64,000 nt of DNA from Candidatus Binatia bacterium (GCA_963664395.2 OY761159.2:288001-352000); one strand, 5' to 3'. Shown: positions 8,321 to 17,312, counted from the first letter of the stretch. Translations and numbers: made by a program. Notes: generated by a model from the letters alone, not told the origin.

Positions 8321-8579
8321 AGGTCTGTTTTCCTTTTCGCCAATACCCAGCGCCGATAATGCGGATAATGCTGCCTCGATAGGTAAACCGAACGGTGAGA
8401 ATGCCCGCTCCGACCTTGCCAAAACAATACCACCTCTCCTCTTCCTGACTATGGGTCACATCTTTGGCGATCACGCGATTCAGATCAGCGAAGGCGTACT
8501 GCGCATCTTCAAATGCGACGCCATGCTTCTCCAGATTTTCTCGATTCTTGTTCTCGTCCCATTCGAATCTGTGGCTCAC
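8292..8579 (-). CDS. brnT: BrnT family (DUF497) toxin
   Basis: FEWDENKNRENLEKHGVAFEDA...HSQEEERW...ILTVRFTYR..IRIIGA. Confidence 0.9.
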   Translation of the reverse strand: MSHRFEWDENKNRENLEKHGVAFEDAQYAFADLNRVIAKDVTHSQEEERWYCFGKVGAGILTVRFTYRGSIIRIIGAGYWRKGKQTYEEENHIHG

Positions 8580-8729
8580 GTACTTCCTCACAGTGTTGTA
8601 CCGGATTAAATCGGTGGGAGCGTAGACCGCAGCCCACCTCAGTATTATCCCTGTCAAAAGGTACTGCCTCCGTCTGAATATCGCGTCTACATCATCCATC
8701 TTCGACCTCTGAGAGAAACAGCGGTGGCC

Positions 8730-8759
8730 GTAGGTCGGATTAGCGCAGCATCATCCGAC
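8730..8759 (+). repeat. GTAG-type REP element
   Basis: GTAGGTCGGATTAGCGCAGCATCATCCGAC, 2 mismatches versus 3732-3761. Confidence 0.8.
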
Positions 8760-8784
8760 ATCTCCCGAACTGATTCACGCTCTT

Positions 8785-9009
8785 CTACGCGGCAAAGTCA
8801 AGCATTTCGAGCGTAATGCCTCGCTCCCATTCCGCATGAGCCTGGTTCAGCAGCGCCTCATTCACCTCTGCGGAAACGTATTCTTCTCCACAATTGTTGC
8901 AAATTTGGGCCGGGACTTTCTTGAACACAACCGTTGTCCGCTCGCGTTCCAAGACAATGGTGGTGTGCCCGTCTGTAGTCGTCCCGTTCCTACAGATTGC
9001 GCATTTCAT
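8785..9009 (-). CDS. YgiT/MqsA-type zinc-finger antitoxin, copy 2 (intact, 74 aa)
   Basis: MKCAICRNG...VPAQICNNCGEEY. Confidence 0.85.
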   Translation of the reverse strand: MKCAICRNGTTTDGHTTIVLERERTTVVFKKVPAQICNNCGEEYVSAEVNEALLNQAHAEWERGITLEMLDFAA

Positions 9010-9159
9010 GAGGCCCTCCGTGAAAAGTTATCCGTCCACCGGAGCGTATCCGGTTCGTATGCCGTTATGACAACCAATATTTGCTCGTCCTCGTTGATGC
9101 CAACAACGACATGTAAAGGTCGATTTATCGCGGCACGACCATTCAGCAAGACTGTTGGC
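9006..9159 (-). pseudogene. C-terminal half of a DUF4258-family toxin
   Basis: Minus-strand translation PTVLLNGRAAINRPLHVVVGINEDEQILVVITAYEPDTLRWTDNFSRRAS*. The 5' half is replaced by an FN3 fragment. Confidence 0.75.
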
Positions 9160-9974
9160 CGGAGCGGTCCAATCGAGGTTGATCTGGTTCGGTCCGTTGG
9201 CCGTCGCGGTGAGGCCGGTCGGCGCGCCGGGGACGGTGACGGTTGGTGCCTCCCGGGTCACCGTGACGGTATAGGTCTTCACCGCGCCGCCGGTCTCGGC
9301 CATGCCCTTCACCTTGATGGTGTTCGGGCCGACGACGAGCGTCATGTCGAGCGGGTTCGTGTCCGTGTTCGTGTCCGTGTCGAATTCCGGGTCCAGGATG
9401 CCGGCGCTCACCGTGAGATCTCTCAGCGTCGCGAGGGTCCGGGGGTCGATGACCGACACCGTGACGGTGTCGGTGCCGGTCGCTCCAAGGGCCGCCCCGT
9501 GACCGTCAGCGTGAACGCCAGGTCGCCTGCGGTCGAGGGGGCGGTGAAACTCGGGCTCGCGGTGTCGGCGCCGGTGAGCGTGACCGTCGCGCCGCTCGCC
9601 TGCCTCCACGCATAGATCACGTTCGTGCCCCACGGGCTGCTGCTGCTGCCGGCGAGCGCCACCGCGGCACCCGTCGCCACCCTTTGGGTCTCGCCCGCCT
9701 CCGCCGTTGGCGCGAAGGGCTCGGGGTTGGAGTTCTTCTGCAGGGTCAACGTCGTCAGCGTCGTGAGATCCTGGAAGACGTTCGCCCGCAGGCTGCTCAG
9801 GGCGTTGTTATTCAGGCACAACGTGTCCAGCGTGGTGAGCCCGTCGCAAAAAATTCCCGCCGGCAGGCTGCTCAGGGCGTTGTATGACAGATTCAGGTCG
9901 TCCACGGCGTCCGCGGAGAGGGGCTTTTCAGAGGCAAACAGCAGGCATGAGGGGCGGGGTACGGGGAAGTCCAT
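9153..9974 (-). pseudogene. Fragmented surface-protein gene: LRR, PKD/Ig-like, cadherin-like beta-sandwich and fibronectin III start
   Basis: LSYNALSSLPAGIF-type LRRs; APTAEAG..YAWRQASG..PSFTAP; ATLRDLTVS..TYTVTVTR; VPGAPTGLTATANGPNQINLDWTAP. Frameshift near 9490, truncated, and visibly GC-richer than its flanks. Confidence 0.75.
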
Positions 9975-10261
9975 GTTTGTTCCTGGTCAGAATCTTTCAA
10001 CCTGCGACGCTACGCATCGGGGGTTGAGAAGAGCCCTCTGCCCATCTTGCTACCCCATTCCGCTCCCCCTGTCCCCTCTAAAATGGGAGGAATCTTCACC
10101 AAACATACCGGGGGCGACGGAACACTTCAGGCGGCGACGCCGAGCGGGCGGGCGGGGAAACGAGGCGGCGCGGACAGGTAGGGGTGCGGCTCCGTCAACG
10201 TGAACCGACAACACCTGTGCGAAGGGGGGGAAGGGGAGAACGGAGGCCGAGAAGCAAAAAG

Positions 10262-10280
10262 TTCAAACTGAGACACTACC
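10262..10280. repeat. Island-boundary motif copy 2 (TTCAAACTGAGACACTACC)
   Basis: Direct repeat of 2902-2920. The reverse complement begins GGTAGTGTCTCAGTTTGAA. Confidence 0.7.
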
Positions 10281-10309
10281 AAGAGGCGGGGGCTGGGATG
10301 ACAAATAAT

Positions 10310-10380
10310 GGAGCCTGGATTCCTATGAAGGGGGAATCCAGGCTCCCCGCCTCTGGATGCCGGATCAAGTCCGGCATGAC
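10310..10380. repeat. REP-like palindrome cluster, probably also the LLM gene terminator
   Basis: 14-bp perfect stem ggagcctggattcc/ggaatccaggctcc (10310-10346), plus atgccgga-tcaag-tccggcat-gac. Confidence 0.7.
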
Positions 10381-10420
10381 GAAAGCGTAGTGGCGTGGCT
10401 ACAGCCTGGCGTGAAACGGC

Positions 10421-11509
10421 CTAAGCCGCTTTTGCTTCAACGTCCCATTGCCGGAGTTCGGGAATGACCTTTTGCGCGATTAAGCGCTGTGAGCGCTCGG
10501 CATCTTCGAACGGCATCCCGGCTCCGCGAAAGCCAAAGATCAGATCAAACCGTCCAACGACCGCTCGCCAGTGGGACAGCTTGTCCAGAATCTGCTGCGG
10601 AGTTCCCCAGGCCTGCGCGTTGACATACATCTCGGCCATGCCCTCAAGACCCAATTCGCGCAGCGTATCCACCGCATCGCCATAGGCTTCGTAGCCCTTG
10701 GCATTCTTGAAGTGGTCGCCCATGAGCTCGTAGTGGTGCATGGCCGACAGCAGATAGCCCGCGATATGCTTGTGAGCCAGTTCCTCGGCGCGGCCGGCGT
10801 CTTCGTGGCAGACCGATATGCCGGCCATCATGGGCGGAGGGGCATCAACGCCGTGGAGTTCACGAAACAAGGCCCGATAGGGTTCAAAATCCGCGTTGTG
10901 CTCTTCAATCGACTTTTGGGTGAAGACCATCATCTGGGCGCGATACTTGGCCGCTTCCAGGGCCGAATCGGGCGACATCGCCACCTGGGTCGTGCGGCCC
11001 TTGAAGGTCCGCGTGGGCTTGGGACGAATCGGTGCCCGTGGTTGCTTATAGTATTTGCCGTTACCCTCGATAATGCCGGTCTCCAGGGCGTTGAGAATCA
11101 TGGGTACGGCTTCGTCAAAGCGCTCCCGCGAGGTGTCCATATCAATACCGAACTGGTCATATTCACGGCGTGACAAGCCGCGACCCATGCCAAAAATAAC
11201 CCGGCCGTTCGACAGCTCGTCCAACAGCGCGACCTTCTCGGCCGAACGCAACGGCGTGTTCCACGGCACGATCACCGCGCCGGTGGCCAGCTTGAGCGTT
11301 GTGGTGAGGGCCGCCAGATGGCCCAGATAGACGGCGTTATCGGGACAAAAGGAGTAGTCCTCAAAATGATGCTCCACAGACCAGTGCGAGTCATAACCGA
11401 GTTCCTCTAACTGCGAGGCAAGGGCCAGCTCTTCCCGGTAGACCTGGCTGTCCGTCACACTGTCGTCATAGCCATAGCGCTGAAAGAGCGCGATTGTCCC
11501 GACTTGCAT
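10421..11509 (-). CDS. Luciferase-like (LLM) flavin-dependent oxidoreductase
   Basis: GYDSHWSVEHHF, PLRSAEKVALLDELSNGRVIFGMGRG. ATG at 11509 after AGGAGG. Confidence 0.9.
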   Translation of the reverse strand: MQVGTIALFQRYGYDDSVTDSQVYREELALASQLEELGYDSHWSVEHHFEDYSFCPDNAVYLGHLAALTTTLKLATGAVIVPWNTPLRSAEKVALLDELSNGRVIFGMGRGLSRREYDQFGIDMDTSRERFDEAVPMILNALETGIIEGNGKYYKQPRAPIRPKPTRTFKGRTTQVAMSPDSALEAAKYRAQMMVFTQKSIEEHNADFEPYRALFRELHGVDAPPPMMAGISVCHEDAGRAEELAHKHIAGYLLSAMHHYELMGDHFKNAKGYEAYGDAVDTLRELGLEGMAEMYVNAQAWGTPQQILDKLSHWRAVVGRFDLIFGFRGAGMPFEDAERSQRLIAQKVIPELRQWDVEAKAA

Positions 11510-11601
11510 AACAAATCCTCCTGTTGTGTATCTTCCTATGCTCGCAGTTCCTGCGGGCCCATCTGTCCGTGTATTCTCAACTCTGTTTTTTCGGGCACTG
11601 T

Positions 11602-12048
11602 TCAGGCCGCGGGTTTCAGCTTGCCGCCGTGCGCTTCCATATACGCGACCAGACGTTGGCATTCCTCGTCAGAGACTTTATCTTCCAAGAGACTGATCCG
11701 GTCTCCCTCAAAGACGGCCCGCTCCTCGCCTTCCATGCGGCAGTCCGGCCCGCCGTCCGGGGTGAAGGTCGCCGCCCAGCGCATCCAGACCTCACCGTTC
11801 TTTTCCAGTGGTCCTTCAAGGACCTCAAGGCGGCGCGAGGCAAAGCGGCGGTCGAAGCCATTCACCGCAGCCTGAAAATCGCTCAGGATCGTGGCCCGGC
11901 TTTCGTGTCGTCCGCCCAGGGGTGGCCCGGCAATGAAGTCGTATACCGCGTCCTCGGTGAAATAAGGCTCAAGCACCGACCAGTCATCACTGTCATACGC
12001 CTCTTCAAAGACTTGTGCATATTCCGTGAACCGTTCGACAATACCCAT
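11602..12048 (-). CDS. NTF2/SnoaL-like protein
   Basis: DDWSVLEPYFTEDAVY...GEERAVFEGDRISLLED fold pattern, with a GGAG SD. Confidence 0.7.
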   Translation of the reverse strand: MGIVERFTEYAQVFEEAYDSDDWSVLEPYFTEDAVYDFIAGPPLGGRHESRATILSDFQAAVNGFDRRFASRRLEVLEGPLEKNGEVWMRWAATFTPDGGPDCRMEGEERAVFEGDRISLLEDKVSDEECQRLVAYMEAHGGKLKPAA

Positions 12049-12145
12049 ACGATGATCTCCTTTTTCTCCCAGGTCAGTCTGGCTTGCGAGTCTGAGCTGG
12101 GAATATTTTTTGGCTACGTATCATACCGCTCAGCGAGATTACACG

Positions 12146-12241
12146 AGGAACCCACCCCGCCGCTACGCGGCACCCCTCCCAAGAGGGGATGTATTCTGCT
12201 CCCCTCCTCGGAGGGGTGGCCGCAGGCCGGGGTGGGTTCCT
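12146..12241. repeat. Composite REP-like element (CCCCTCC/GGAGGGG family) with terminal inverted repeats
   Basis: aggaacccaccccg ... cggggtgggttcct enclosing cccctcccaagagggg and cccctcctcggagggg hairpins. Confidence 0.75.
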
Positions 12242-12293
12242 TTTTGCAGCACACGTCCCAGGAGGGGATTTTGACGCCCTTCTCGCCGGCCCA

Positions 12294-12752
12294 TTACCTT
12301 GCCCCTTTTGTTGCCACCACGGTCCACGTACTGCTCACCGTGGCAACGACTTCATCTTGCCCATTTGTTATTGTCGCTTCAACAAACGCGACCCGCTGGC
12401 CCTTGCGCAGGACTTTGCCGGCTCCCTTGACCAGTCCTTTTTTGACCGGCTTGAGAAAACTGATTTTCAGCTCGGCGGTCGTGGCAAACTCGCCCTCATC
12501 CATCACCGATCCGATCGCGCTGCTCAGTAGCTCGTCGGCAAACACACTCAGATAGCCACCAGCCACATAGCCGAACGGATTTAACACGCGCGGGTGGGTC
12601 GCGTCCCATTCCCATTCAGACCGGCCAGGGCCAAATTGAACTGGCCGCAAACCAATCTCCCGGTGCGCCTGTGTGACATACTCTTCAGGGCGATTTTCGC
12701 GTAGGGCGGCATTCAGTTTTTCTACGGGCGAAAGCATATTTTCTCGTACCAC
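12294..12752 (-). CDS. PaaI-family hotdog thioesterase
   Basis: NPFGYVAGGYLSVFADELL..TAELKISFLKPV. Confidence 0.85.
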   Translation of the reverse strand: MVRENMLSPVEKLNAALRENRPEEYVTQAHREIGLRPVQFGPGRSEWEWDATHPRVLNPFGYVAGGYLSVFADELLSSAIGSVMDEGEFATTAELKISFLKPVKKGLVKGAGKVLRKGQRVAFVEATITNGQDEVVATVSSTWTVVATKGAR

Positions 12753-12824
12753 CTTTTGATCGTATTCTCAAAAGGGTAGCCGCGTGCGGTGATTTCCGGC
12801 AGTATGAGCGGCCCGGAGATTACG

Positions 12825-13997
12825 ATGCTCAAAGACATACTCAGCGCCCGTCTCGCCGAGGTGAAAGAAAATGGCCTGTATCGTCGCTTGCGTACAGTCG
12901 AGAGTGCGCAGGACGCGGCCATTATCCTTGAAGGCCAAGAGGTACTGCTGTTTTCTTCCAATAACTACTTGGGTTTGGCCAATCATCCGCTGCTCAAACA
13001 CGCAGCCCAACAGGCGATTGAGCAGTATGGCTGCGGCAGTGGCGCATCCCGATTGATTTCCGGTTCAATGGCCGTCCATCACGAGTTGGAACACCGCCTC
13101 GCCAGGCTCAAAAAAGCGGAAGCGGCTCTCGTTTTTCCGACGGGCTATCACGCCAATATCGGGGTGTTGGCGGCTCTCATGGGGCCGGGCGATACGATCC
13201 TGAGCGACAGCCTCAATCACGCCAGTATCGTTGACGGCTGCCGCCTGTCGCGGGCTGACATCCGCATCTATCGTCACGCTGACACGGCTCATCTGAACGA
13301 ACTGCTGAACGCGTGTCCACCGGCAGGCCAGCGCCTGATTGTGACAGACAGCGTGTTCAGCATGGACGGTGACCTGGCCCCACTGGCTGAGATTACTGCC
13401 CTGGCCCGGCAGTACGACGCCTGGGTGATGGTTGATGAGGCGCACGCCACCGGCGTGTTCGGGCCGCACGGCGGCGGCCTGGTTGAAGAACTCGGCCTGA
13501 CCGAGCAGGTCGATATCCAGATGGGGACCTTGGGCAAGGCGTTGGGCTGCCTGGGGGCCTTTGTGGCCGGCAGTCACGAGCTGATTGACTGGCTAGTGAA
13601 TCGGGCGCGGAGTTTCATTTATACCACGGCGATTCCGCCGGCGGTTGCGGCTTCGGTACTCGCCGCCCTCGACATTGTTGAGCAGGAACCCGGACGACGC
13701 CAGCAGTTGTGGGATAACACCCAGCTGCTGTCGGATGGACTCCGCTCGTTAGGCTATACGCTGGGTGCCACCCGCTCGCAGATTCTGCCGGTGATCATCG
13801 GCGAGGCGGACGAGACCATGCTCGTTGCCCAGGCCATCCTCCGGCACGGGGTCTTTGCCCACGGCATCCGCCCGCCAACCGTTCCGGAAGGCAGCTCGCG
13901 CATTCGCGTGACCCCGATGGCGACCCACACCCAGGACCAGCTGTCACGCACGCTGGACGCCTTTGCCGCTGCCGGCAAGGAGGTCGGGATTCGATGA
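12825..13997 (+). CDS. bioF: 8-amino-7-oxononanoate synthase
   Basis: SSNNYLGL, GSGASRLISG, LNHASIVDG, DSVFSMDGD, DEAHATG, GTLGKALG. Confidence 0.95.
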   Translation: MLKDILSARLAEVKENGLYRRLRTVESAQDAAIILEGQEVLLFSSNNYLGLANHPLLKHAAQQAIEQYGCGSGASRLISGSMAVHHELEHRLARLKKAEAALVFPTGYHANIGVLAALMGPGDTILSDSLNHASIVDGCRLSRADIRIYRHADTAHLNELLNACPPAGQRLIVTDSVFSMDGDLAPLAEITALARQYDAWVMVDEAHATGVFGPHGGGLVEELGLTEQVDIQMGTLGKALGCLGAFVAGSHELIDWLVNRARSFIYTTAIPPAVAASVLAALDIVEQEPGRRQQLWDNTQLLSDGLRSLGYTLGATRSQILPVIIGEADETMLVAQAILRHGVFAHGIRPPTVPEGSSRIRVTPMATHTQDQLSRTLDAFAAAGKEVGIR

Positions 13998-15349
13998 GCA
14001 GCCCGTCGTATGCCGACCTCAAAGCCTGGGATCATGCCTATGTGTGGCATCCGTTTACCCAGATGCAGGACTGGTTGCAGGAAGACCCGATTATTATTGC
14101 CAGGGGTGAGGGCAATTATGTGATTGATGTCAACGGTAGGCGCTATCTGGACGGGGTCTCTTCGTTATGGTGCAACGTCCACGGCCATACTCATCCCCGC
14201 CTCAACAGGGCCATTACCAAGCAGGTCAACCGGATATCGCACTCGACCCTGCTCGGGCTGGCCAATATCCCATCCATACTGCTGGCGAAAAAACTGGTTG
14301 AGTTGGCACCGTCCGGGCTGACCCGTGTGTTCTATTCGGACGCAGGTGCCACCGCCACGGAAATCGCGCTCAAACTGGCGTTTCAGTACTGGCAGTTGCG
14401 CGGAGAAACCCAGCGCACCAAGTTTGCCTCATTAGTCGAAGCCTACCACGGCGATACCCTGGGCGCGGTCAGCGTGGGTTACTCCGAACTCTTTCATCAT
14501 TTCTATCGACCCCTTTTGGCAGACACCGTCCGGCTGACCCCGCCGCATGTGTTTCGCTTTGTCCGCGGCATGTCGGCCGAGCAGGCGCTGGCCGCGGCCC
14601 AAGAAGAAGCCGAACACACCCTCGCCCGGCAGCATGCCGAGCTGGCAGCCGTGATTATAGAACCCCTCATGCAGGGTGCGGCCGGGATGTGGGCGCATTC
14701 GGTTGAATATGTGCAGACCCTACGACAGCTCACCCGGCAGCATGGCATCCTCTTGATCTGTGATGAGGTGGCCACCGGGTTTGGCCGCACCGGGAAAATG
14801 TTTGCGTGTGACCACGCCGACATCAGCCCGGATTTATTCTGTGTGGCCAAAGGCATTACCGGCGGCTATCTGCCACTCGCGGCCACACTGGCCACCGAGG
14901 AAATTTTCTCCGCCTTTCTCGCGCCCTACGAAGAGTTCAAAACCTTCTTTCACGGCCATACCTATACCGGCAATCCCGTGGCCTGCGCCGCGGCCCTGGC
15001 CAGCCTGGACATTTTTGCCGAAGAGCAGGTCCTTGAGCATCTGCAACCCAAGATTGCCCTGCTGACCCAACGCCTCCGCACCGACATTGCCGCCCTCCCC
15101 CACGTGGCCGACATTCGACACTGGGGCCTGATGGTCGGGATCGAATTGATGCGCGATCCGGTCAAGAAAATCGCCTATGAGCCAGCCGAGAAAATCGGCA
15201 TGCGGGTCATCCGGGAAGCACGCAAACACGGCGTGATGATTCGACCGTTGGGCAGCATCATTATTCTCATGCCGCCGCTCAGCATTACCGAGGCTGAGTT
15301 GTCACACCTGCTCGATGTCGTCCACACCGCCATTCAGACCGTCACATGA
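13994..15349 (+). CDS. bioA: DAPA aminotransferase
   Basis: WHPFTQM, SSLWCNVHGH, YHGDT, DEVATGFGRTG, AKGITGGYLP, HGHTYTGNP. Confidence 0.95.
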   Translation: MSSPSYADLKAWDHAYVWHPFTQMQDWLQEDPIIIARGEGNYVIDVNGRRYLDGVSSLWCNVHGHTHPRLNRAITKQVNRISHSTLLGLANIPSILLAKKLVELAPSGLTRVFYSDAGATATEIALKLAFQYWQLRGETQRTKFASLVEAYHGDTLGAVSVGYSELFHHFYRPLLADTVRLTPPHVFRFVRGMSAEQALAAAQEEAEHTLARQHAELAAVIIEPLMQGAAGMWAHSVEYVQTLRQLTRQHGILLICDEVATGFGRTGKMFACDHADISPDLFCVAKGITGGYLPLAATLATEEIFSAFLAPYEEFKTFFHGHTYTGNPVACAAALASLDIFAEEQVLEHLQPKIALLTQRLRTDIAALPHVADIRHWGLMVGIELMRDPVKKIAYEPAEKIGMRVIREARKHGVMIRPLGSIIILMPPLSITEAELSHLLDVVHTAIQTVT

Positions 15350-16053
15350 CAAGCCTGTTTATCACCGGCACGGATACCGGCATCGGTAAGACCCTGGTCG
15401 GCTGTGGCCTTGCCGCGGCCTTGACCGGCCAGGGTAAGCGGGTTGGCGTACTCAAGCCGGCAGAGACGGGCTGCGAAACGCGAGACGGTGTATTGCAGCC
15501 GGACGATGCCATGCGCCTGGCCGGCTATGCCCGCAGCAGCGTACCGCTTGAGAGCGTGTGCCCCTACCGTTTTTCCCCGCCGGTCGCCCCGAGCGTCGCG
15601 GCCAAGCAGGTCGGCGTGACCATTCAGCCGGAGCGGATTATCGAGGTGTTTCACACGATTGTCGACCAACACGATGTGACGCTGGTAGAGGGTGCCGGCG
15701 GATTATTGGTTCCGCTCGCAGGTCGCTATTCATTTGCGGACCTGGCCCGCGATCTCGGCATTCCGATTCTCGTCGTGGTCGGCTCAAAGCTGGGTGCGTT
15801 GAATCACGCTTTGCTGACGCTGCACTGTATTCAGACCCGCGGTCTACCCTTGGCCGGCTATATCCTCAACCATCCAACCCGGACGGCGGATGACGCCATC
15901 AAGACCAACGCTACCACCTTGGCCGGCCTGACGGATGTGCCGTGTCGGGGCGTTATTCCTCATCTTTTGTTGAGTGAAGATATCGACCGGGACCGCGTGA
16001 TGCTGAGCGAGCTGTTCTCCACAGCGGTTGATCTTCCCGGACTGCTCGGATAG
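15346..16053 (+). CDS. bioD: Dethiobiotin synthase
   Basis: ITGTDTGIGKT, KPAETG, VEGAGG, LGALNH. Confidence 0.95.
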   Translation: MTSLFITGTDTGIGKTLVGCGLAAALTGQGKRVGVLKPAETGCETRDGVLQPDDAMRLAGYARSSVPLESVCPYRFSPPVAPSVAAKQVGVTIQPERIIEVFHTIVDQHDVTLVEGAGGLLVPLAGRYSFADLARDLGIPILVVVGSKLGALNHALLTLHCIQTRGLPLAGYILNHPTRTADDAIKTNATTLAGLTDVPCRGVIPHLLLSEDIDRDRVMLSELFSTAVDLPGLLG

Positions 16054-16102
16054 AGCAGAGTCCTGCCCAGCGCGTTTTGACGTTTTGACTGAAAGGGAAA
16101 AT

Positions 16103-17149
16103 ATGAATAATCTCTCGCATTTCTCGCACTTGGCGACCAAATCATTAGCCGGCGAGTTACTGTCGCGTGAAGAAGCCTTCTCTGTTTTACACACAGCCGA
16201 CGAGGAGTTATCCGAGCTGCTGAATGCCGCCTTCACGGTGCGAGAAAAGTTCTTTGGCCGCAAGGTAAAAATCTGCGTCCTGCAAAACGCCCGCAGCGGC
16301 TTGTGTCCGGAAGACTGCAACTACTGTTCACAATCCTCCATCTCCAAGGCTCCGATTGATAAATACCGTCTCCTCTCAACGCACGAGCTGCTTGCCGGTG
16401 CACGCAGGGCCGCTCAGGCCGGCGCCCGGCGCTATTGCATGGTCGCCAGCGGACGCGGCCCGAGCGAGCGCGATATTGCCCATCTGACCGCGGCGACGCG
16501 CCAGATCAAAACCGAGTTTCCCGGCCTGGAGATTTGTGTCTCTCTGGGGCTCATGAGTGAACCCCAGGCCCGCGCACTCAAAGACTCCGGCGTCGGCTGG
16601 GTCAACCACAACCTCAACACCAGCCGTGAGTTTTACGCGCAGATCTGTTCAACCCATACCTATGAGGACCGGGTTGAGACCGTCAGAAACGTCAAGCGGG
16701 CCGGGCTGTCCACGTGCAGTGGCGGCATTATCGGCATGGGTGAAAAAGACGAAGACGTCGTCGAGTTGGCCTACGCCGTCCGGGCGCTGGACATTGACTC
16801 CGTGCCGGTCAATTTTCTGTACCCCATCGACGGCACTCCGCTCGGCCCGCGCAAGGACTTCAATCCGGTCCGAGGTCTCAAGGCCCTGTGCTTGATGCGC
16901 TTCCTGAATCCGCGCAGCGAAATCCGCATGGCCGCGGGACGCGAACTCTATCTCGGCAAATGGTCGGGGCTGGCCTTATATCCGGCAAACTCGATTTTTG
17001 TCGAAGGCTACCTCACCACCCCAGGCCAGCAGGCCCAGGACGCCCATCAACTCGTTGAAGCCGCCGGGTTCGAGGTGGAGCAAGCTGAGCAAGTCGAACA
17101 AGTCGAACAAGAAGACACACTAGGCGCAGAAGCACACCGGGCGGTGTAG
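16103..17149 (+). CDS. bioB: Biotin synthase
   Basis: Radical SAM motif CPEDCNYCSQS, NHNLNTS, CSGGIIGMGE, VPVNFL, YLTTPG. Confidence 0.95.
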   Translation: MNNLSHFSHLATKSLAGELLSREEAFSVLHTADEELSELLNAAFTVREKFFGRKVKICVLQNARSGLCPEDCNYCSQSSISKAPIDKYRLLSTHELLAGARRAAQAGARRYCMVASGRGPSERDIAHLTAATRQIKTEFPGLEICVSLGLMSEPQARALKDSGVGWVNHNLNTSREFYAQICSTHTYEDRVETVRNVKRAGLSTCSGGIIGMGEKDEDVVELAYAVRALDIDSVPVNFLYPIDGTPLGPRKDFNPVRGLKALCLMRFLNPRSEIRMAAGRELYLGKWSGLALYPANSIFVEGYLTTPGQQAQDAHQLVEAAGFEVEQAEQVEQVEQEDTLGAEAHRAV

Positions 17150-17198
17150 ACGCTTCACCTGTCTCTCTTCCCCCCCAAGAAGGCATTAAACCCGGCAA

Positions 17199-17253
17199 CC
17201 TCTCTCCCCAGCCCTCTCCCTCATGGGGGCGAGGGAGCAGGTTCCTGCTCCCT
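17199..17253. repeat. REP-like hairpin (CCCTCTCCC family)
   Basis: ccccagccctctccctcatgggggcgagggagcag-gttc-ctgctccct, related to 2865-2899. Confidence 0.65.
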
Positions 17254-17312
17254 GCCGGGAACTTGAGCAGTCTCTACAGAGGTGGTAGGCGTGCCAAGGG
17301 AGGGGATGTCTT

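Larger units (their letters stand above)
8727..9056. repeat. Duplicated module copy 2
   Basis: Similar to 3729-4065. Confidence 0.9.

Noticed and set aside
7550-8699. Long ORF calls 7550-8422 and 8292-8699 as single native proteins
   Set aside because: Better explained by brnT (start 8579), an antitoxin stub (8320) and a separate gene with its own SD (8149).
2900-10300. Classical integron/CALIN
   Set aside because: No integrase, and I could not find convincing RYYYAAC...GTTRRRY attC pairs after the genes by eye. IntegronFinder would be needed to exclude it fully.
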